A stretch of 64,000 nucleotides of DNA from an uncultured Nitrospirales bacterium (GTDB taxonomy: Bacteria; Nitrospirota; Nitrospiria; Nitrospirales; NS-4), in NCBI GenBank assembly GCA_964472655.1, contig CAYYLQ010000012.1, positions 5,124 to 69,123 of the forward strand, read 5' to 3'. Below are positions 33,490 through 40,615 of this stretch, piece after piece (positions within the stretch are counted from its first letter, which is position 1; every line of letters begins with the position of its first letter). The translations under genes were made by a program, and so were the position numbers. The notes under the pieces were generated by a model. The model was not told where the DNA came from and searched no databases. It saw only the letters and a program-made list of their open reading frames with translations.

Positions 33490-34314
33490 GTGATGAAGTG
33501 CGCGCGGTCTATTGGAGTAGGGGCGTTGGTCGCCCTGTTAGGGGTCTGGTGCGGAGTGGCAGTGACGGCTAATGCGCTTGGGACGGAGAAACAGGACTGG
33601 CAACTCAGCTCGGCGTTGACGTATGAAAGCGGGACGTATGGGACGGGGACTCGGACGGAAACGTACTACGTCCCGTTTACGTTGAAGCGGTTCTTTGACC
33701 AGGCGGACCTCTCGCTGACCGTCCCCTTCCTGGCCATGCGGACGACGGGAGAGACGACCCTGGTCGACGGAAGACCGCAAAGAATCCGCCTGGGAAGAAC
33801 CGGTTTGGCTCCGACGGGGACAGTGACCAAGGAAGGGTTGGGCGACACGGTACTCAAAGGCCGGTATTATGCCGTGGACGAGCACGGCTTGCTGCCGACC
33901 ATCGCGCTGGTGGCCAAGGTCAAGTTCCCCACGGCGGATGAGTCCCAAGGATTGGGAACCGGCAAGTTCGATGAGGGCTTCGGCGTGGAGGTCAGCCGGC
34001 GGTTTCTTGAACGGTTCATCGGGTATTTTGATCTGAGCTACACGATCATCGGCAGTCCCGCCGGAGTCGACCTGAAAAATCAGACTACATACGACGTCGG
34101 CCTTGGCTATCAATGCACGCCCCAGGCGCTGGGCAGTCTCTTCTATGAAGAGCGCACCGCGCTCCTCGCCGGCACGCAGAACCCGCGCTCGTTGCTGGCC
34201 CTCTGGGACTATAAGCTGACGCCGAGCTTCAGGCTGAACGCGGTTGGAGAAATCGGCCTTTCATCGGGCGCGCCGGATTACGGCTTCACCGTCGGAGTGG
34301 CGATGCGCTTCTAA
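33490..34314 (+). CDS. Outer-membrane beta-barrel protein (MetA-pathway/phenol-degradation-like transporter family)
   Basis: Signal peptide, alternating beta-strand pattern, 'GLGDTVLKGRYY', and a terminal aromatic 'VGVAMRF'. Confidence 0.7.
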   Translation: MMKCARSIGVGALVALLGVWCGVAVTANALGTEKQDWQLSSALTYESGTYGTGTRTETYYVPFTLKRFFDQADLSLTVPFLAMRTTGETTLVDGRPQRIRLGRTGLAPTGTVTKEGLGDTVLKGRYYAVDEHGLLPTIALVAKVKFPTADESQGLGTGKFDEGFGVEVSRRFLERFIGYFDLSYTIIGSPAGVDLKNQTTYDVGLGYQCTPQALGSLFYEERTALLAGTQNPRSLLALWDYKLTPSFRLNAVGEIGLSSGAPDYGFTVGVAMRF

Positions 34315-34334
34315 TTGTGTCAGAATACCAACTC

Positions 34335-34589
34335 ATGGATAGGTTATCGGGACGCGTCCTGTGTGTGTTGATTGCGGCAGCGCTGGTCTGCTCTTCTGCC
34401 CTGGCTCCGATCGCGGTGTCTTACGCCGCGGAGCAGAAGAAGGAGGGGGAAGAGTCGAAGAAGAATTTCGAAGAGACAAAGCGCGATCTGAAGAAGGCCG
34501 GCGAGAAGACCGAAAAGGCGATCTCGGAAGGGGCCAGCGCCGTGGCCCAAAAGGTCAAGAAAGCGTTCGAACGGGACCAGAAAAAGTAA
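34335..34589 (+). CDS. Small secreted Lys/Glu-rich protein
   Basis: Signal peptide 'VLCVLIAAALVCSSALAPIAVSYA', then a charged helical region. Ends ...AAA AAG TAA. Confidence 0.55.
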   Translation: MDRLSGRVLCVLIAAALVCSSALAPIAVSYAAEQKKEGEESKKNFEETKRDLKKAGEKTEKAISEGASAVAQKVKKAFERDQKK

Positions 34590-35047
34590 TCTTCCGCGGC
34601 GTTCTTCTCGCCCTTCTTGCGCTTACCGCCTGCGCGCCGCCATACCATGTTCTTACCAAGCAGGCCAACAGCCTGAGCGCCGCCTGTAACCAAGCCGTTG
34701 CGCGCTTTGCCGCCGCTCCCGGCAGCGGGACGCGTCAGGATGTCCTGGGTCAGCTCAAAGAGTTGAACGCGGCGCTGATCGAGACGGCGGGGTACGAGAA
34801 AGAAGCCCGGCGCACGAACTCCGTGGACCTCATTGACGCCAACCGCGCGTTCCGGGAAACGGGCCACGCGTGGGCGAGCTGTTCCCTCAAGTACAACAAG
34901 GTTCTCGTGGACATCGGAGGGCGTGAGGCGGCGCGGTACAACTACCAGGGATTGCTCGCTCGGCTCACCGCCCCCCAATTCGTCGCCGAGCGTCGCCTGG
35001 TTCAGGCGGCCCTCAACGAGCTCGGGCCAGCGCCTTCCTCGCCGTAG
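34589..35047 (+). CDS. Lipoprotein-like ORF with no canonical start codon (possible -1 frameshift fusion or ATC start)
   Basis: The frame reads 'IFRGVLLALLALTAC...' (lipobox), followed by a plausible 130-aa domain. There is no ATG/GTG/TTG between the lipobox and the upstream gene's end. The frame is -1 relative to the upstream ORF, at G-AAA-AAG-TAA. Confidence 0.4.
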   Translation: MFRGVLLALLALTACAPPYHVLTKQANSLSAACNQAVARFAAAPGSGTRQDVLGQLKELNAALIETAGYEKEARRTNSVDLIDANRAFRETGHAWASCSLKYNKVLVDIGGREAARYNYQGLLARLTAPQFVAERRLVQAALNELGPAPSSP

Positions 35048-35702
35048 CGAAGATCGACTCGAACATCCGTTTCGTCAATTTCCCTGTAAACGTGTTTTGC
35101 TGCGATGGGTGGTACGACCCGATCAGCGTGACGCCCCACGGCAGGCGATGAACCCGCCCGTGCCCGAACGCCGGGAGCGGGCGCGGCACCGGACGGCCGA
35201 GTTCCCGGCACGCCTTCAGATAGCCCTCGAACGCGATCTTGCCCAGCGCGACTACCACGCATGCCCGACGCAGGAGCCGCAGCTCTTCCACGAGAAAAGG
35301 CCGGCAGCGGTCGAACTCCGCCGGGAGCGGTTTGTTTCCCGGAGGGGCGCAGCGGACCGTCGCCGTGATGTAGCAATCGATCAGCCGCATCCCGTCGTCC
35401 CGCGACACCGAGCGAGGCTGGTTGGCGAAACCTGCGGCATAGAGCGCGCGGTAGAGCCAGTCGCCGCTGCGGTCGCCCGTGAAGATTCTCCCGGTGCGGT
35501 TGCCGCCGTGCGCGGCCGGCGCGAGGCCGACGATCAACAGGCGAGCGTTCGCGTCGCCGAGCCCGGGCACGGGTTTCCCCCAGTAGTCCCAGTCGAGAAA
35601 GCGGCGCACTTTGACGCGGGCCGTTTCCTCGCAGTGGGCGACGAGACGCGGACATTGGCGGCACGCGGTGATGGTTTTTTGAAGCGCGGCCAGGCGGGAC
35701 AT
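35013..35702 (-). CDS. Uracil-DNA glycosylase, family 4/5 (UdgB-like)
   Basis: 'CRQCPRL', 'LLIVGLAPAAHGGNRTGRIFTGD' and 'GSYHPSQQN'. Confidence 0.85.
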   Translation of the reverse strand: MSRLAALQKTITACRQCPRLVAHCEETARVKVRRFLDWDYWGKPVPGLGDANARLLIVGLAPAAHGGNRTGRIFTGDRSGDWLYRALYAAGFANQPRSVSRDDGMRLIDCYITATVRCAPPGNKPLPAEFDRCRPFLVEELRLLRRACVVVALGKIAFEGYLKACRELGRPVPRPLPAFGHGRVHRLPWGVTLIGSYHPSQQNTFTGKLTKRMFESIFATARKALARAR

Positions 35703-35789
35703 CGACCGATTTTACCAGAATTGCCTTGCTCGCTCGGCGCAACCCCTGTAGAATTTCACCCAGATGCGGGAGGAGGAGGGAACGGTGCA

Positions 35790-36797
35790 ATGAGCCATGA
35801 ACGAACGAAGCAAGGAGCCCGATTTCTGCTGGCGGCCGGGTTGATCCTGGCCGTGCCGCTGGCGACCGATACCAGGAGCGATCAGTCCCCGCTTGCGGCG
35901 CCCGCCGCGGAGGCGCCTCAGCCGCCGCCTGCTCCCGCCACCCGCAGCTTGCAGGCCGGGACCAAGCTTTTCCTCAGCACGTACCGGCTCCCCGACAACA
36001 TGACGTTCGCCGGCGCGCCCGTTCCGGTGGATGTCTGGCAGGTCCGGGAGCGGATCGAGTACGAGTTCTACCGTTTTCTTGAAGACGAGGGCGACAGCAT
36101 CATCCTCGCTAAGCGGACCGGCCGGTGCTTTCCGCCCGCCGAGCGGCAACTGGCCGAGGCCGGGCTGCCGGACGACCTGAAGTATATTCTGCTGGTGGAG
36201 AGCAAATGCATCTCCGCCGCCTATTCGCGGGCCAAAGCCTCGGGCCCGTGGCAGTTCATTCCCTCGACCGGCCGGCTGTTCTCACTACAGAACAATCAAT
36301 GGAAGGATGATCGCCGCAACCTGGAGCTCTCGACCGAGGCCGCCGTCAAGTACCTCAAAAAGCTGCATGACACCTTCGATGACTGGTATCTGGCCATGGC
36401 GGCCTACAATGCCGGCAACGTTCCCATTCTCAAGGCCATGCGCGAGCAGAAAGTCAAAGACTACTGGAAACTGCACTCTGTGACGGAGACGATGCGCTAT
36501 GTCCCCCGCATCATTGCCAGCAAGGAGATATTCTCCCAGCCCGACAAATACCTGGGCATCGCCAAGGCCGACCTCTATTCTCCTCTGGACACCGAGGTAG
36601 TGACGGTCACCGTTAAGGAGAGCCAGCGTCACCTTGCGTCGGTCGCGGAGCAATACGGGTCGTACTTCCTGGAGCTGAAGTTGCTCAATCCCGAAATAAG
36701 GAAGGACTTCCTGCCCCGCGGGACCCATCGCATCAAAGTGCCCCGGCGGAGCGAAGAGTGTCCGACGCTCTGCTACAAGGCGGACGTGCCGCGCTGA
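35790..36797 (+). CDS. Lytic transglycosylase (SLT domain, MltD-like)
   Basis: Starts at an internal ATG (aa 320 of track ORF 34833..36797) after GGAGGAGGAGG. Signal sequence; 'LLVESKCISAAYSRAKASGPWQFIPSTG'; 'AAYNAG'. Confidence 0.85.
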   Translation: MSHERTKQGARFLLAAGLILAVPLATDTRSDQSPLAAPAAEAPQPPPAPATRSLQAGTKLFLSTYRLPDNMTFAGAPVPVDVWQVRERIEYEFYRFLEDEGDSIILAKRTGRCFPPAERQLAEAGLPDDLKYILLVESKCISAAYSRAKASGPWQFIPSTGRLFSLQNNQWKDDRRNLELSTEAAVKYLKKLHDTFDDWYLAMAAYNAGNVPILKAMREQKVKDYWKLHSVTETMRYVPRIIASKEIFSQPDKYLGIAKADLYSPLDTEVVTVTVKESQRHLASVAEQYGSYFLELKLLNPEIRKDFLPRGTHRIKVPRRSEECPTLCYKADVPR

Positions 36798-38152
36798 CCC
36801 TCCCTCCTGTACCTGTTCGCGCTGCATTGCGTGCCATCCTGCGGGCGGCGCTGGACGCCGCCGATCCGTCGGTCGCCATCCGCGGCGCGCTCTCCCTCAA
36901 ACGCCATCGCCTCCTCGCGGCAGGGCTGGCCTATGACTTGCGCCGCATCCGTCGTGTGACGGTCGTCGGGGCCGGCAAGGCCGCCGCCCCCATGGTGCGG
37001 GCCGTCGCAGGGGTGCTTCGCGGGCGGCTCGATGCGGCCTTTGTCGTGACGTTCGGAACCGCGAAGGCCGGACCGACGTCGCGCGTGCAGGTCATTCAAG
37101 CTGGTCATCCGGTCCCCGACCGGCGCGGCCTGCGGGCAGCGCAACGGGTGCTGGAGATCGCATCGTCGCTCGGATCGGAGGATCTCCTGATCGTGCTGCT
37201 CTCCGGGGGCGCCTCCAGCCTGCTGCCTCTGCCGGATGAGGGGCTGACGCTGGCGGACAAGCAGCGCGTGACGCGCCTGCTGTTGCGCTCGGGCGCGACG
37301 ATCGCCGAGCTGAATGCCGTCCGCAAGCACCTCTCCGCGATCAAGGGCGGGCGGCTCGCGGCTGCGACGCGCGCGCAGGTCCTGACGCTCATTCTCTCGG
37401 ACGTCGGCGGGGATGATCTGGGCGTGATCGGGTCGGGTCCGACGGCGCCGGACCGGACCACCTTCCTTGATGCGGTCCGGATCATCCGCCGGTACGGACT
37501 CTGGAATCGCCTGCCGACGCCGGTGCGCATTCACCTGGTCGAAGGGCTGGCGGGCTGGCGGCCTGAGACGCCGAAACCGCGGAGCCGGGTTTTCCGGCGG
37601 GTCCAGCACGTGGTCGTCGGCAACAACCGGCTCGCGCTGGAGGCTGCGGCGAAGGCCGCCCGTGCGGCCGGCTATGAAAGCGTCCGCATCGAGGAGTTCG
37701 TGACCGGCGAGGCGTCCCTGGTCGGGCGCTGGATGGGGGAACTGGGGAAGAACCTTGCGAGCCGGACGGCGCTTCCCGGCCGAGTGTGCGTGCTTGCGGG
37801 TGGGGAACTCACCGTCACGGTACGAGGGTCGGGCAAGGGGGGCCGCGCGCAGGAGTTCGCGCTGGCGGCCGCGCTGGCAGTGCAAGGCTCGTCGGGTGTT
37901 TGGGCGGTGGGATTCGGCACCGATGGTCGTGATGGGCCGACGAGCGTGGCTGGCGCCGTCGTGGATGGGAACACGGTGGCGCGCGGCGCGAGCAAACGTC
38001 TCGGCGCCGCGTCGTACCTCAAGAAAAACGACAGTTACACTTTCTTCAGGAAGGTGGGAGGCCACATCAGGACCGGTCCTACCGGCACCAACGTCAACGA
38101 CTTATACCTACTCTTCGTTCACCTGCCAAAACAGAAAACCAAGAGGCTTTAA
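36758..38152 (+). CDS. Glycerate 2-kinase / hydroxypyruvate reductase family (DUF4147 + MOFRL)
   Basis: 'VTVVGAGKAAAPM', 'LLSGGASSLL', 'LSAIKGG', 'GGELTV...GKGGRAQE' and 'GTDGRDGPT'. The GTG start overlaps the preceding gene; the start is uncertain. Confidence 0.85.
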   Translation: MSDALLQGGRAALTLPPVPVRAALRAILRAALDAADPSVAIRGALSLKRHRLLAAGLAYDLRRIRRVTVVGAGKAAAPMVRAVAGVLRGRLDAAFVVTFGTAKAGPTSRVQVIQAGHPVPDRRGLRAAQRVLEIASSLGSEDLLIVLLSGGASSLLPLPDEGLTLADKQRVTRLLLRSGATIAELNAVRKHLSAIKGGRLAAATRAQVLTLILSDVGGDDLGVIGSGPTAPDRTTFLDAVRIIRRYGLWNRLPTPVRIHLVEGLAGWRPETPKPRSRVFRRVQHVVVGNNRLALEAAAKAARAAGYESVRIEEFVTGEASLVGRWMGELGKNLASRTALPGRVCVLAGGELTVTVRGSGKGGRAQEFALAAALAVQGSSGVWAVGFGTDGRDGPTSVAGAVVDGNTVARGASKRLGAASYLKKNDSYTFFRKVGGHIRTGPTGTNVNDLYLLFVHLPKQKTKRL

Positions 38153-38205
38153 ATTGTCGGTGGAGTTGCTCATAATACGGCATCATCCAGTAGGGAGGGC
38201 ATATC

Positions 38206-38382
38206 GTGGCGGAGACGGAAGACGCGACGAAGACAGAGACGTCGGTAGAGACGGCGAGCGATAAGGGAAAAGGCCTGATTGAAAGCCCCGGTGACAAGTG
38301 GTGGTGGGCGATCACGCTCGGCATCCTGCTGTGGATCGGGTTCTGCAGCGTGGCCGTGCTGATCTACTTATCGCGGCACTAG
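38206..38382 (+). CDS. Small single-TM protein (58 aa), below the ORF-track size cut-off
   Basis: AGGGAGGG (38192-38199) lies 6 nt before GTG 38206. Acidic N-terminus, then 'WWWAITLGILLWIGFCSVAVLIYL'. TAG at 38380-38382. Confidence 0.45.
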   Translation: MAETEDATKTETSVETASDKGKGLIESPGDKWWWAITLGILLWIGFCSVAVLIYLSRH

Positions 38383-38419
38383 AGAATAGTCGCTCCGTTC
38401 CCGCCCGAGCATCGGCAGG

Positions 38420-39430
38420 TTAGAGCTTCTCTTCGCCCTTCAGATACTTGCGGAAACGGTCCATCAGCTCGGCGCCGAGGGTGCCGCCTTCCGGCTTCTT
38501 GGTGGTAGGGTCCTTGAAGTGCCGGCGGATCTCTTCCAGGCGCTTCTCGGCCTGCGGGTTGCCCTGGAGGCGTTTCGTCTTTTCGAGGGCTGTGTCGAAG
38601 GCGTCGAAAGTCAGCTCGTTGTAGCCGAATGAGCGTATGCGCTTGACCGCCTTCATCATCGCCTCGTTGCGGAACACCGTGAGGTGTTCGGAGTCGATCT
38701 CCTTAAGCCCCAGCTTGCGGGCGCGGCGCTCGGCAGCCTTGCGGATGCCGCTGCGGACGAAGTCGGGCGAGGTGAGCAGGCGCTTCCAGGCCTCGTCGCT
38801 CCAGGTGACGGGCGACAGCGGCGCGTCCCAGATGGCGGTCAGGGCCGCCTCGTCGATGACGGTGAGCCCCAGCTCGCGGGCCCGCTCTTCCGTGTCCCGC
38901 TTCACCATGTCCGCCACAAAGTCCATGGCGATGGGAGGCGACTGCGCGATCTTCTGCCGGAGCCGCGCCCGCGCGCCCTCCGACCAGGGCAGCGGAGCCG
39001 TCTCGTGCAATTTTTCGTCTCCGAGCGCTTCCACTTTCTGGAAGAGCTCGATGTTGACCTCCATGTGGCCACGCTCGCGCGCCACGTCCTCGGCGATCTG
39101 CCGGATCATGTGCCGCATGAATTCGGGGATGGTTTCCAGCCGCGCTTTGGCCTCGGCCGTCCAGGGAATGCGGCCGGCGGCCATGGCGCCCGCGGCCTCC
39201 TGCAGGCCGGCCGCGCCACCCATCTTGCCCATCATTTGGCTTTTGAATTGGGTGAGGATGTCTTCGGTGATCTCACGATAGCCCAACTCGCGCGCCTTCT
39301 TCTCGGCCAGCCGCTGCACCATACCCCGGAGGAAGGCGGGAGCCCGCTCCATGCGCTGGCGCGCGCCCTCGGTCCATACGATCTCCGCGGCGTCTTGCGC
39401 GTCCGCGGTCTTGGTTTCAGATTCTCCCAC
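38420..39430 (-). CDS. Protein built of four PCP_red-like repeats
   Basis: GTG 39430 lies 8 nt after the ihfB stop (aa 179 of track ORF 38420..39964). Repeats: 'VWTEGARQRMERAPAFLRG', 'PWTAEAKARLETIPEFMRH', 'PWSEGARARLRQ...' and 'TWSDEAWKRLLTSPDFVRS', each followed by '...ARE(L/R)G...I'. Confidence 0.75.
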   Translation of the reverse strand: MGESETKTADAQDAAEIVWTEGARQRMERAPAFLRGMVQRLAEKKARELGYREITEDILTQFKSQMMGKMGGAAGLQEAAGAMAAGRIPWTAEAKARLETIPEFMRHMIRQIAEDVARERGHMEVNIELFQKVEALGDEKLHETAPLPWSEGARARLRQKIAQSPPIAMDFVADMVKRDTEERARELGLTVIDEAALTAIWDAPLSPVTWSDEAWKRLLTSPDFVRSGIRKAAERRARKLGLKEIDSEHLTVFRNEAMMKAVKRIRSFGYNELTFDAFDTALEKTKRLQGNPQAEKRLEEIRRHFKDPTTKKPEGGTLGAELMDRFRKYLKGEEKL

Positions 39431-39438
39431 CGGGCGCC

Positions 39439-39717
39439 CTATCGGTTGACGATTTCCTTGAGTTCCTTGCCGGCCTTGAAGAAGGGGACGCGCTTGGCGG
39501 GAACGGAGACCGTCGTGCCGGTCTTCGGATTGCGCCCTTCCTTCATGCGGCGGTTGCGCAGGCGGAAGCTCCCGAAGCCGCGGATTTCGATCTTGTCGCC
39601 CTTGGCCAGCGCCGTCCGGATGCCGTTGAAGATGGTGTTGACGACCACCTCGGCCTGGCGCTTGGTCAGGGTGGGGACCTTCTCGGACAGATTTTCGATG
39701 AGCTGCGCTTTCGTCAT
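39439..39717 (-). CDS. ihfB: Integration host factor beta / HU-family DNA-binding protein
   Basis: 92 aa. 'IEIRGFGSFRLRNRRMKEGRNPKTGTTVSVPAKRVPFFKAGKELK' is the IHF/HU arm signature. Confidence 0.8.
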   Translation of the reverse strand: MTKAQLIENLSEKVPTLTKRQAEVVVNTIFNGIRTALAKGDKIEIRGFGSFRLRNRRMKEGRNPKTGTTVSVPAKRVPFFKAGKELKEIVNR

Positions 39718-39728
39718 GGGTTCGCCTC

Positions 39729-40607
39729 CTAAAACGCCAACAGGTATTTGAGATTGATGCCGGACGGGATGAGCGGGGAGACCTTCCCGTCGAAGATATT
39801 GCCGAGGAGATCGCGCAACGAGAAACGTTTGCGGATCTCGACCACACGAGGCTCGCCTGCGATCCCTCCCATTTTCCCGGCCAGCTTGATCGCGTCCTGC
39901 AGGTCGCCCAGTTCGTCCACGAGCTTGGCCGTCCTCGCCTGCCGCCCGGTGAAGATGCGGCCATCCGCCAGATCGCGCACCTGGTCCACTTTCAGGGCGC
40001 GCCCCGCGGCCACGGCTTGAATGAACTGGTCATGCACGTCGTCCAGCACGGTCTGCAGAATGGCGCGATCCTCCACGGACATGGTCCGGAACGGCGAGGC
40101 CAGGTCCTTGTGCTTTCCGCTCTTGATGACCACGCTCTGCACACCTACCTTCTCCAGCAGGCCCTGCACGTTGGCCAGTTCCATGATCACGCCGATGCTG
40201 CCCGTCAGCGTGCCGGGGTTGGCGACGATCCTGTCGGTCGCCGCGGCGATGTAATACCCGCCCGAAGCGGCCAGGTTGCCCATTGACGTTACGACCTTGA
40301 TTTTCCCCTCGGCGCGCGCCTTGAGCACTTCCGAATAAATCTCCTGAGAGGGCACCACCCCGCCGCCCGGGCTGTCGATACGGAGCACGATGGCCTTGAT
40401 ATTGGGATTTTCCCGGAACCTCCGCAGTTCCTCGATCACGTCGCGGGAGTCGACGATGACCCCTTCGATCCGCACGACCGCGATTTTCTCCCCGCCGAGC
40501 CAAGCGTTGTCCAGCATAAGCGGGACCAGCGCGGACAACACGACGGCGGCAATGACCAGCACTCCGATCACGGCCAGAACGGTCCGGAATGTCCGTTTCT
40601 TCTCCAC
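39729..40607 (-). CDS. sppA: Signal peptide peptidase SppA, 36K type
   Basis: N-terminal TM, 'IKAIVLRIDSPGGGV', 'GNLAASGGYYIA' and 'GSIGV'. Confidence 0.9.
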   Translation of the reverse strand: MEKKRTFRTVLAVIGVLVIAAVVLSALVPLMLDNAWLGGEKIAVVRIEGVIVDSRDVIEELRRFRENPNIKAIVLRIDSPGGGVVPSQEIYSEVLKARAEGKIKVVTSMGNLAASGGYYIAAATDRIVANPGTLTGSIGVIMELANVQGLLEKVGVQSVVIKSGKHKDLASPFRTMSVEDRAILQTVLDDVHDQFIQAVAAGRALKVDQVRDLADGRIFTGRQARTAKLVDELGDLQDAIKLAGKMGGIAGEPRVVEIRKRFSLRDLLGNIFDGKVSPLIPSGINLKYLLAF

Positions 40608-40615
40608 CCAGTCCG

